This document shows positions 8,987 to 16,895 of a stretch of DNA of 64,000 bases, one piece after another. The translations under genes were made by a program, and so were the position numbers. Below the pieces are notes generated by a model. The model worked only from the letters and a program-made list of their open reading frames with translations. It searched no databases and was not told where the DNA came from. Within the stretch, counting starts at the first letter, position 1. Every line of letters begins with the position of its first letter. The DNA comes from Hyphomicrobiales bacterium (lineage in GTDB: Bacteria; Pseudomonadota; Alphaproteobacteria; Rhizobiales; JAJFHC01). Location: assembly GCA_965227875.1 (NCBI GenBank), contig OZ245783.1:4978251-5042250 (forward strand), written 5' to 3'.

Positions 8987-9002
8987 AATAATGATTTTTT
9001 TT

Positions 9003-9027
9003 GGAACCATTATCGCCCTCACGAGTT
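9003..9027 (+). promoter_or_regulatory. Candidate EcfG-type promoter, GGAAC-N16-AGTT (one mismatch)
   Basis: GGAAC at 9003-9007, preceded by a T8 run, and AGTT at 9024-9027. It begins 17 nt after the gdhA stop codon. Confidence 0.35.
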
Positions 9028-9032
9028 TTCCT

Positions 9033-9143
9033 GATGTGCCAGCGGATGACGTTATCCCCCCTCCCCCCTCGAACGGTGTTCGCCGGCACATCTGAATCAT
9101 TCAGATACCCTCTTGCCCCGGCGACCGCGCCGGGGCATTTTTT
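9033..9143 (+). ncRNA. Candidate ~110-nt sRNA with an 18-nt C-rich loop (GsrN/'cuckoo'-like), ending at the gdhA terminator
   Basis: P1 pairs gtgccagcg (9036-9044) with cgccggcac (9081-9089). An inner cgtt/aacg stem closes the loop AUCCCCCCUCCCCCCUCG (9054-9071). P2 is tctga-atcat-tcaga (9091-9105). P3 is the terminator at 9115-9143. This is a prediction only. Confidence 0.3.
9115..9143 (+). terminator. Rho-independent terminator
   Basis: gccccggcg-accg-cgccggggc followed by ATTTTTT. Confidence 0.75.
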
Positions 9144-9158
9144 CCGGCCCTCAGCAAC

Positions 9159-9824
9159 ATGACGAACGGTGATCACGAAACCGGCTCGATGCGGTTCCTG
9201 CTGAGGCGGGAGACGCGAAAGGTGCATGCCGCCCTGGACGCGATGCTTGCCCGGCAGGGCATGTTTTCCTCGCTCGGAGCCTACCTGCACTATCTCCACG
9301 TCCAACACGACGAGTTCCTGTCCTACGAAGGACAGGCCGGCAAACTGTCCGCCGAACTTGGACTGCACTGGTGGCCCGGATCGGTCCGTTCGTCTCTCAT
9401 CCGGGACGACATTGACGGCTTGACCCCGGAAAGTTCGAACGCCGGCAGCCCGCGGCGAACCGGAGAGGACTGCACCTCGGGGGCGACCGGACTTCCGGAA
9501 TTCGCGGGGCGCAGCTATGTCATGGAAGGCTCGCAGCTCGGCGGGCCGTTTATCCGGAAAATGCTTCGGAAGTCGGACGTTCTGGACGAGGATGGGTGCG
9601 CGTTTCTCATGTGGACCGGCACGAACGACAACAACTGGCAGCGATATTGCGGCTGGCTGGACACCCTTCATCTGGCGGAGCTTGAACAAGAGCAGGCAAT
9701 ACATGCCGCACACGAGACTTTCGAGCGCTATATTGACCTCTTCGACGGTATGCGCGAGACAGAAACGACATCGAGGTCGCTTTCACCGCGTCCCGATCGC
9801 GATTTGACGGCAAATGTATCGTAG
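9159..9824 (+). CDS. bphO: Heme oxygenase (biliverdin-producing, BphO type)
   Basis: MRFLLRRETRKVHAALDAML (proximal-His helix signature). About 220 aa. Lies directly upstream of the bacteriophytochrome gene. Confidence 0.8.
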   Translation: MTNGDHETGSMRFLLRRETRKVHAALDAMLARQGMFSSLGAYLHYLHVQHDEFLSYEGQAGKLSAELGLHWWPGSVRSSLIRDDIDGLTPESSNAGSPRRTGEDCTSGATGLPEFAGRSYVMEGSQLGGPFIRKMLRKSDVLDEDGCAFLMWTGTNDNNWQRYCGWLDTLHLAELEQEQAIHAAHETFERYIDLFDGMRETETTSRSLSPRPDRDLTANVS

Positions 9825-9932
9825 TTAAAAGACAGGGGGCAGATTGGCTGTTAGTCAGTTGACAGGAGAGCGTGCGCTGTCACGGGCATCGGCCGTCGCA
9901 GCTCCTGAAAATAAGAACAATTCAGGATCCAT

Positions 9933-12533
9933 GTGATGCAGACCGCACCGGAACAGGCACCAGACGTAACCGACTGCGACCGGGAACCCATTCACATTCC
10001 CGGTTCGATCCAGCCGCACGGCGCCCTCGTGGTGTTCTATCTGCCGGACTGGACCGTCGGGCATGCCTCGGAAAACATAGACAGGTTTCTGGACGAACCG
10101 ATCGACACCCTGACCGGTCGGGAAATAGGGAGAATCTTCCCGCCGGACCTCGTTCATTCCGTCAGGAATGCGCTTCAGGAAGCCATGGCGACCTCCCGCG
10201 CCGCGCGCATTTTCGATGCCCGGCTGCTCAACGGGTCGCCGGTGGACCTGGGGGTGACGTGCGATACGAACCGGGTGATCGTGGAAGTCGAGCCCCGCGC
10301 GGAAGACCGCCCGGAAATCGACATGCTGAATACGACCCAGCAGAAGTTGAGCCAGCTGCGGGCAGTGTCTGATCCCAATAAGTATTTTCGGCTCGTCGCC
10401 GGCCAGGTCCGCAGTATGACCGGCTACGACCGCGTCATGATCTACAAGTTTCACGAAGATGACACGGGCGAAGTCATCGCAGAGGACTGCCGGCCCGGGC
10501 TCGAGTCCTACCTGAACCTGCGCTATCCCGCCTCCGACATCCCCAAACAGGCCAGAGACCTCTACACGAAACAGTGGCTCCGGATCATACCGGATGCGGA
10601 CTACGCTCCGGTGCCGATCAGACCCGAGAAGAACCTCAAGGGCGAACCCATTGATCTGGGAAACGTCTCGCTGCGCAGCGTATCTCCCATCCACGTCCAG
10701 TACCTCAAGAACATGGGGGTGAGCGCCACCCTCACCCTGTCCCTGCTGGAAGGAGACAGGCTGTGGGGGCTCGTCGCCTGCCATCATTACGCGCCCAAGA
10801 ATATACCCGTCGATGTCAGGACCGCGCTCGAGATCTACAGCCAGCTCGTGTCCATGCAGATCGAATCGCACGAACGCGCCCTCCAGCTTTCGCTGGCTGA
10901 AGACGCAAGGAGCATTCACGACCAGATCGTCGCGACGCTCGACCCGCGAAACCCGCTGCATTCGGAACTGCACAAGCAGGCGGACCTTCTCATGAAGCTC
11001 GTTCCCTCCCACGGCCTCGCCGTCTGGGTAGAGAACAACCTGCTGATTTCGGGCTCCGTACCTTCCGAGAAGACACTGAGCGACATCCGTCTATTCCTGA
11101 ACGCGAGTTCCACGGGCATCTTCTCGCTCGACGAACTAGGCAAGCTGGTGGACCGGCAGAACCGTGACGACAAGAATGTCTGCGGAATGCTCGCCATTCC
11201 CATTTCGCGCACGCCGCGCGACTACATTCTCTTCTTCAGACAGGAGGTCGCGACGACGGTTTTCTGGGGCGGGAATCCGGACAAGGCGGCATCGGTCGAT
11301 CCGAAAAGCGGACAGCTCAGCCCACGCAACAGCTTCGAGAAATGGAAACAGGTCGTCCGCGGCAAATCTCAGCCCTGGTCCGACATCGAGCTGCAGGCGG
11401 CCAGCCTGCTTCGCGGATCGATGCTCGAAGCGGTCGTGCGTCGGCAGGACATTGTCGTCCAGGAAAAGAGCACCACCTCCCAGCGCCAGGATGTCCTCAT
11501 CGCCGAACTCAATCACCGGGTGAAGAACATCCTCAGCCTGATTTCCTCGCTGGTGACGCAGGCCGCCGACACCGCGCCGCCTCTGAACGAGTTCGTGAAG
11601 TCCGTGCAGGGGCGCATCGCGGCGCTTGCCAAGGCCCATGACCAGGCCATTACGGGTGGCGCGCAGGGGATTCCCCTGAGCGAACTGGTTGCGGCTGAAG
11701 TCGCGCCCTGGGTTGCCGATCGGAGTTCGAAATGGTCGGTGGCCGGTCCGTCGGTCGGCCTGAATGCCGCGGCCGCGCAAACCATAGCCCTCGTCCTCCA
11801 TGAACTGGCTACGAATTCCGCGAAGTACGGGGCCTTCGGCACCGAGGGAGGAAAGCTCGACGTGACGTGGTCACGTCTGTCCGAAGGCGAACTGGAGCTT
11901 TCATGGCGTGAACATGTCGCGAAGCTGATCACGCCGCCGACCACCAAGGGTTTCGGCACCACCGTCATTGAACGTACCGTACCTTTCGATCTGGGTGGCC
12001 GGGCGATGATCGAGTTCCGCAAAAACGGCCTCCAAGCCGTCTTCATCATTCCGGCGAAGTTCGTGGTGTCGCTCGATGTACCGGTCGGGGGCAGCGACAC
12101 GGGTGAGATTCACGCCTCTCCTGTGCTCGAGGACGCGGAACCTGTCGCCGACCTCAGCGGGGCAACGATCCTGCTTGCCGAGGACGAACTGCTGATTGCG
12201 ATGGAGTGCGAGCATATGCTGCGCCAGGCCGGTGCTGCCGACGTGAAGGTCGCACCCGATATCGAGACCGCCCTCTCCTTCGTCGAAGACGTGCCCGCGC
12301 TCACGATCGCCATTCTCGATATCAACCTCGGCGAAAGCGACAGTGAACCAGTCGCCAACGCACTTCTCGAACGCGGAATTCCGTTCATTTATGCGAGCGG
12401 GTACACAAAGTCGGCCGAAGGAGATGCGACCAGCCACGGCAAGCCTGTGGTGGTCAAGCCCTACCAGCAGAAAGATCTGCTTGTCGCCATCGGCCAGGAA
12501 CTGTTCAGCGGCGATAACGACAATGATGCATGA
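9933..12533 (+). CDS. bphP: Bacteriophytochrome: PAS2-GAF-PHY photosensory core, HWE histidine kinase and C-terminal receiver
   Basis: N-terminal Cys15 in DCDREPIHIPGSIQPHG. GAF motifs RYPASDIPKQARDLY, SPIHVQYLKNMGVSATL and LWGLVACHH. PHY tongue WGG...PRNSFEKW. HWE H-box LIAELNHRVKNILSLISSLV. N-box HELATNSAKYGAF. REC domain ILLAEDE...AILDINLG. Confidence 0.92.
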   Translation: MMQTAPEQAPDVTDCDREPIHIPGSIQPHGALVVFYLPDWTVGHASENIDRFLDEPIDTLTGREIGRIFPPDLVHSVRNALQEAMATSRAARIFDARLLNGSPVDLGVTCDTNRVIVEVEPRAEDRPEIDMLNTTQQKLSQLRAVSDPNKYFRLVAGQVRSMTGYDRVMIYKFHEDDTGEVIAEDCRPGLESYLNLRYPASDIPKQARDLYTKQWLRIIPDADYAPVPIRPEKNLKGEPIDLGNVSLRSVSPIHVQYLKNMGVSATLTLSLLEGDRLWGLVACHHYAPKNIPVDVRTALEIYSQLVSMQIESHERALQLSLAEDARSIHDQIVATLDPRNPLHSELHKQADLLMKLVPSHGLAVWVENNLLISGSVPSEKTLSDIRLFLNASSTGIFSLDELGKLVDRQNRDDKNVCGMLAIPISRTPRDYILFFRQEVATTVFWGGNPDKAASVDPKSGQLSPRNSFEKWKQVVRGKSQPWSDIELQAASLLRGSMLEAVVRRQDIVVQEKSTTSQRQDVLIAELNHRVKNILSLISSLVTQAADTAPPLNEFVKSVQGRIAALAKAHDQAITGGAQGIPLSELVAAEVAPWVADRSSKWSVAGPSVGLNAAAAQTIALVLHELATNSAKYGAFGTEGGKLDVTWSRLSEGELELSWREHVAKLITPPTTKGFGTTVIERTVPFDLGGRAMIEFRKNGLQAVFIIPAKFVVSLDVPVGGSDTGEIHASPVLEDAEPVADLSGATILLAEDELLIAMECEHMLRQAGAADVKVAPDIETALSFVEDVPALTIAILDINLGESDSEPVANALLERGIPFIYASGYTKSAEGDATSHGKPVVVKPYQQKDLLVAIGQELFSGDNDNDA

Positions 12534-12588
12534 CGGCGTGACCTGAAAGCGCCCCGGAAACACGTGACCGCTTTTGGCAGGTCATATT

Positions 12589-12747
12589 CTAGGGCTGCAG
12601 GATTCCGTACCCGTCGACCGATGCGTTGAAGCCGTTCGCAATCGGTACGCAGGCACTGGCAAACGTCAGCGCCAGTGGAAATGCAATGAGCACGATTTTC
12701 ATCTGTGCGGACAGGCGTGACCGCCCGCTTCCGGTCTTCATTTTCAT
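12589..12747 (-). CDS. Possible small lipoprotein (52 aa)
   Basis: Manual translation gives MKMKTGSGRSRLSAQMKIVLIAFPLALTFASACVPIANGFNASVDGYGILQP, with lipobox FASAC. The RBS is weak and the start is ambiguous. Confidence 0.4.
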   Translation of the reverse strand: MKMKTGSGRSRLSAQMKIVLIAFPLALTFASACVPIANGFNASVDGYGILQP

Positions 12748-12813
12748 GTTATCACCCTGATATTTCGACTTGATCCGGGACTGAACTCCGGATGCGATCT
12801 CAACTATGACGAT

Positions 12814-12838
12814 AACGTGTCAAACCGGAATTGGTTGC
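12814..12838 (-). promoter_or_regulatory. Candidate EcfG-type promoter, GCAAC-N16-CGTT (one mismatch)
   Basis: Plus strand reads AACG (12814-12817), 16 nt, GTTGC (12834-12838). It lies 67 nt upstream of the small lipoprotein ORF. Confidence 0.3.
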
Positions 12839-12866
12839 ATCAGAAGCAGACGCAAATCCGTTCAGG

Positions 12867-13691
12867 TCACGCCTCCTCCACGTTGATGCGCCGCCAGATG
12901 GCCTCGGCAAACGAGTACGCGGCGAAGACGACCACACCACAGCCGAGACCCAACAGAAGCCATTTGCCCGCGGGCAGGTCCTGCAGAAAGCCGAAGGCAT
13001 CGTCGATTCCCGGCGGGGATGTCGAAGTCGACTCTCCCGTGGCGGAATAGCGGTAATAGAGAATTGCCGCGATCAGGGCGAACACAACGCCGCGGGCGGC
13101 AAGGCCAGCAACGGAGACCGGATGCACGATGGCCGACATGACTTTATCGCTGGCCTCGAAGTGATCCGCGTAGCGACCGGTGAACGCCTTCCACCAGTGC
13201 GCGATCGCCACGCCGATGAATATGAACATCAAGGCGAGCGTGAACCAGTCCTTGCCGACGAGGTCGGCTATGTAGGCGGCCAGCTTCGGTTCGCTTCCAC
13301 TGCCACTTTCGCCGCCGCCGCTTCCTCCGGGAATAATCCCCAGAAGCGAAGATCCGTAAAGGGCAAGCGTGAAATAGGTAGCCGCGCTTGCCAGGAGGCC
13401 CACCCGGACGGCGAGGCCTTTCGGAGACCAGCCGTGTTCGTCGGTATCGAACAGGGCCTGAACGAGCCGCCACGCGACATAACCGAACAGTCCCACAAGA
13501 AGGGCGGCAACGAGAAAGGTACCGAAGGGGCTGTTGAGCAATTCCCTGATCGCGCCCTGTGTGTCCTTGTTCTCGCCCGCTTCGAAGGCCGCGAGGATCG
13601 CGAAGACGCCGACCACGGTGTAGATCAGCCCTCGGGCCGAATAGCCGGCCCGCGCGAACGCCTTGAACCAGTGTCTGGATGATCGAGGCAT
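12867..13691 (-). CDS. DUF1206-like membrane protein
   Basis: Internal M46 of ORF 12867..13826, with an AAGGAG RBS. Repeated TM pairs and the motif GYSARGLIYTVVGVFAILAA. Confidence 0.75.
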   Translation of the reverse strand: MPRSSRHWFKAFARAGYSARGLIYTVVGVFAILAAFEAGENKDTQGAIRELLNSPFGTFLVAALLVGLFGYVAWRLVQALFDTDEHGWSPKGLAVRVGLLASAATYFTLALYGSSLLGIIPGGSGGGESGSGSEPKLAAYIADLVGKDWFTLALMFIFIGVAIAHWWKAFTGRYADHFEASDKVMSAIVHPVSVAGLAARGVVFALIAAILYYRYSATGESTSTSPPGIDDAFGFLQDLPAGKWLLLGLGCGVVVFAAYSFAEAIWRRINVEEA

Positions 13692-13704
13692 GTCTGACTC
13701 CTTT

Positions 13705-14415
13705 TCAGTGCGCGGCCCGCTGACCGACAGCTTCTGTTTCGCTTCTTGTGTGGTTGAGGAACGGGGCGGCCAGAACCCAGCAGAACCCGGCCCAGGCCCC
13801 GCCCATCGCCCACCCCGCGATGACATCGCTGGGCCAGTGAACGCCGAGATAGATCCGCGTCAGCCCGATGATCAGGGCCACGCCAACGGACATCGAGATG
13901 ACCAGGTTGCGCAGGCGGAAATCAGGAACGAAACGGGCGGCCATGGCCGCTACCATCAGCCACGCGACCGTACCGAACATCGCATGGGCACTCGGAAAAC
14001 TCGCGGTGAAGGTCCTGTCGAGATGATCGACCAGGTCTGGCCGGGGGCGCTGGAACAACAGTTTGAGAACGGACGAAAGCACGCTGCCGCTGACGAGCGA
14101 GGCGACGAACACCAGCGCGGCGATGGCCTGTCCTGCGGCGAGCAGCAGGACAAGCGTGAAAATGGCGACCAGCACGAGGATCGGGTACCCGCCAAGTGCC
14201 GAAAGGTCCTTGACCGTCTCCTCGAACCATCCAGGACCCCAGGGATTCGCCAGGTCGTTGGCATCCCTGAACCACATGAGCACCCTCTGGTCCAGGAACG
14301 CCGTGCGCTGTTCGACAACCGCGTAGGAAACGATACCGAAGACGCCGAGACACGCCATCGCGAGAAGAAATGCCGTGCGCCTCGTAACCGTGCTTGTTTC
14401 TTCTGAATGATCCAC
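13705..14415 (-). CDS. PAP2-family phosphatase
   Basis: The three PAP2 motifs are present: KLLFQRPRP, PSAH and TRIYLGVHWPSD. Confidence 0.88.
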   Translation of the reverse strand: MDHSEETSTVTRRTAFLLAMACLGVFGIVSYAVVEQRTAFLDQRVLMWFRDANDLANPWGPGWFEETVKDLSALGGYPILVLVAIFTLVLLLAAGQAIAALVFVASLVSGSVLSSVLKLLFQRPRPDLVDHLDRTFTASFPSAHAMFGTVAWLMVAAMAARFVPDFRLRNLVISMSVGVALIIGLTRIYLGVHWPSDVIAGWAMGGAWAGFCWVLAAPFLNHTRSETEAVGQRAAH

Positions 14416-14478
14416 GCTTTATCCCGCTGAGTTTCTAACTGATGCCGACGTCGATACAAGCGGCCGCGTCCGCCGGCG

Positions 14479-15690
14479 TTACGCCGGTTTCACTTCCTTT
14501 TCGACGAATGCCCGGTCTGTCTCATCGCCCCGCGCGTTGGCGCGGGCAGCAACCGAAGGCTTGCCGAAGGGTACCGTCCTGACGTTCATGCGGCGCGGCA
14601 GCAGGTGGAAGGTCACGACCACCTGAACGATGAGAATGGGAACGGCGAGAAGTGCACCGACTGGTCCCCAAAGCCACATCCAGAACGCGAGCGACAGGAA
14701 AACGAGGAGAGGGTTGAGCGTCAGGTTTCGGCCGATGAAGGCCGGCGTGACGAACTGGCTCTCGAGAACGTTCAGCCCAAGCACGACCAATGCAGGCGTC
14801 AGAGCGGCCGCGGTCGTATCGAATGTCACGAGGCCAACGCCCGCGAGCGTGACGAGAACGCAGGCCGGTCCGAGGTAAGGCACGTAGTTGAGAAGCCCGG
14901 CCAGCACACCCCACAAGGCGGGCGTCGGCATGCCGAGGACCGACATCGCGGCCCACGTCGCGACCCCGAGCCCGATATTCACGGTGGTGATCGTCGCCAC
15001 ATACCTGAAAAGGAAAAACTCGACGTCCCGGAAGATGCGCCCGGTCCGCAGCCTGATCTTGCGGCTGATGCAGAAAGACATGAGTCCCGCTCTCAGGCGC
15101 GTACGATTGGCCATGAAGAAAAACAGCGTGCCGAGGAACATCATCACCTGGCCGACGACCACGGGCGCCACGGTATAGAGCGTCGTCACCAGGGACGGCC
15201 CGGCCACCTCGACCTTCATCGTCTTGCCGGACTCTGCCGAACCGGTCGCCCGTTCCACGGTCTCACTAACGGCCGTCAGCTGCTCGAATGGTCCCTGGAA
15301 GACGCGGATCTCGTCGACGAGACGGCTCGACATTTCCGGCACCTTGCGGATCCACTCGTCCGCCGGGACCGCAAAGGCGAAAAACAGTCCGTACACGCTC
15401 GAGCACAGAAGGATGAGAAACATGCCGCTCGCGAGGTATGACGGCACACCCCAGCGCTCGAGACGCTGCATTCCCGGTCCGAGCATGAGGCCCAGCAGTA
15501 TCGCTGCGGTGACCGGCACCACGATCAGGCTTGCCTCGTGAATGGCGGCGATGAACACGATCGGAAAGATCCCGATCACACACAATGTGGCGAGATCCCT
15601 GAAGAACCGTTTCAGATCGGGATTTGCGGAAGATGCCGGCGCAAAGGACCGGAAGCGCCGCGACGCCAGGTCCGAGCGCTGCTTCATCAT
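14479..15690 (-). CDS. AI-2E family transporter (PerM/UPF0118)
   Basis: Multi-TM protein with a conserved C-terminal half (GLLNYVPYLGP...LESQFVTPAFIGRNLTLNPLLVFLSLAFWMWLWGPVGALLAVP). The start is placed at M30 because the promoter overlaps the longer ORF. Confidence 0.85.
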   Translation of the reverse strand: MMKQRSDLASRRFRSFAPASSANPDLKRFFRDLATLCVIGIFPIVFIAAIHEASLIVVPVTAAILLGLMLGPGMQRLERWGVPSYLASGMFLILLCSSVYGLFFAFAVPADEWIRKVPEMSSRLVDEIRVFQGPFEQLTAVSETVERATGSAESGKTMKVEVAGPSLVTTLYTVAPVVVGQVMMFLGTLFFFMANRTRLRAGLMSFCISRKIRLRTGRIFRDVEFFLFRYVATITTVNIGLGVATWAAMSVLGMPTPALWGVLAGLLNYVPYLGPACVLVTLAGVGLVTFDTTAAALTPALVVLGLNVLESQFVTPAFIGRNLTLNPLLVFLSLAFWMWLWGPVGALLAVPILIVQVVVTFHLLPRRMNVRTVPFGKPSVAARANARGDETDRAFVEKEVKPA

Positions 15691-15783
15691 GCGCACCTGC
15701 TCCAGTCGATTACGCTTGGGACCCTTCAAGGTGCCGTCCTTCCATTTCCGGGGAATACGCGAATTCACGCGTCGCACGAATTT

Positions 15784-15808
15784 AACGCGCGACGTCGCGG
15801 GAAGTTCC
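15784..15808 (-). promoter_or_regulatory. EcfG-type promoter, GGAAC-N16-CGTT (perfect)
   Basis: Plus strand reads AACG (15784-15787), 16 nt, GTTCC (15804-15808). It lies upstream of the AI-2E/PAP2/DUF1206 gene string. Confidence 0.7.
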
Positions 15809-15888
15809 CGTCCAACCGAATGAACACGCGCCAGGCGCCGTCGGCTTGCCGGGGAAAGGTTGTTTTAGGCCCTGGCACATTTTCAGCG

Positions 15889-15914
15889 GGAACCAAAACC
15901 GAACTCCGGTTGTT
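15889..15914 (+). promoter_or_regulatory. Candidate EcfG-type promoter, GGAAC-N17-TGTT (one mismatch)
   Basis: GGAAC at 15889-15893 and TGTT at 15911-15914, 37 nt upstream of the ATG at 15951. Confidence 0.3.
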
Positions 15915-15950
15915 GATCCCCGGAACGCAGTCAAACCAAGGAGACTTCAC

Positions 15951-16493
15951 ATGCCTGCCCAGAACAGGACCAGGTCTTCCGGAAAAACCGGACCTCAGGT
16001 CGCAAAAAATGCCGCCGCTGACGATACGTCGATCAGGGATCGAGCCGAGCAGATCGCCGGCAAGGCCGGAGACAAGATCAAGGCAGCCGGCGAAGAGGTC
16101 GCCGAGACATCCCGTCAGGCTGCCGAAGGTGTCGCCGCACAGATTGCTTCGGAGACTGCCGAAGCCGTGCACGACATCGCCGATCCGCGCAAGAAGCGTG
16201 CGGGAGAATACCTGTCGTCGGTCGGTGCGGCCATAGACGCCGGACGCGACAAACTCGAGGAAGACGGTCTGCACGTGACCGCGAGCGTAGCTGACACGAC
16301 ATCGCGCCATATCCACTCCCTCGCCGAAGACGTCGACGACCTCGATTTCGGCGGCGCCACCAGGAAGGTGGAGGACTTCATGCGCAGCAGGCCCCTCGTG
16401 TCGTTCGGGGCAGCCGCCCTGCTGGGTTTCGCAGCCTACCAGATGCTGAAATCCAGCGACGCGCGCAGGACCAACGCACGCATTGCGAACTGA
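15951..16493 (+). CDS. Stress protein with C-terminal TM anchor (DUF883/ElaB-YqjD-like)
   Basis: Internal M36 with an AAGGAG RBS. A/E-rich helical body (DKIKAAGEEVAETSRQAAEGVAAQIASE) and a C-terminal anchor (PLVSFGAAALLGFAAYQML). Confidence 0.6.
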   Translation: MPAQNRTRSSGKTGPQVAKNAAADDTSIRDRAEQIAGKAGDKIKAAGEEVAETSRQAAEGVAAQIASETAEAVHDIADPRKKRAGEYLSSVGAAIDAGRDKLEEDGLHVTASVADTTSRHIHSLAEDVDDLDFGGATRKVEDFMRSRPLVSFGAAALLGFAAYQMLKSSDARRTNARIAN

Positions 16494-16511
16494 TCGGAGG
16501 GCAGAAGCGAA

Positions 16512-16895
16512 ATGCCAGGATCCCCAAATCTCGCGGACGCGTTTCGCGACCTCGTCTCGGACATCGGGCTGCTCATAAGGCAGGAACTGAAACTCGTACA
16601 GGCCGAGGCGAGCGAGAAACTCGGTCAGGCACAGAACGGACTGGTCGCACTCGCGGTTGGAGCGGTCTTCGCCGTGAGCGCACTGATGGTTTTCGTGCAG
16701 GCCCTCGTCTACGGCCTGTCGACGGTCATGGCGCCCTGGCTCGCCGCTCTCGCCACGGGCGTGTTTCTGGCATCGGTGGCGCTCATCGCGCTGAACTACG
16801 CCAGATCCAACCTGCGACCGCTGAATCTCGCGCCGAGACGCACCATCCAATCCCTTCGCAGACAAACCGAAGAAATGAAAGAGGCCCTACAATGA
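16512..16895 (+). CDS. Holin-X / DUF1469-like ('phage holin family') membrane protein
   Basis: LVSDIGLLIRQELKLVQAEASEKL followed by two TM helices. GGAGGG RBS. Confidence 0.65.
   Translation: MPGSPNLADAFRDLVSDIGLLIRQELKLVQAEASEKLGQAQNGLVALAVGAVFAVSALMVFVQALVYGLSTVMAPWLAALATGVFLASVALIALNYARSNLRPLNLAPRRTIQSLRRQTEEMKEALQ

Noticed and set aside
9091-9105. Palindrome TCTGAATCATTCAGA as a transcription-factor site for bphO
   Set aside because: It lies upstream of the terminator at 9115-9143, so it is more simply explained as a hairpin within the gdhA 3' region or the candidate sRNA. There is no second copy in the window.
9034-9162. 42-codon uORF (MCQRMTLSPLPPRTVFAG...) whose TGA overlaps the bphO ATG (ATGA), possibly a leader peptide or attenuator
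   Set aside because: There is no Shine-Dalgarno sequence and the composition is Pro/Ala-rich and non-coding-like. It spans a strong terminator hairpin. The overlap is probably coincidental. It is kept only as an alternative to the sRNA hypothesis.
12831-14406. Plus-strand ORFs 12831..13682 (283 aa) and 13663..14406 (247 aa)
   Set aside because: They are antisense to the DUF1206-like and PAP2 genes, which have clear TM and motif signatures. The products are charged and low-complexity.
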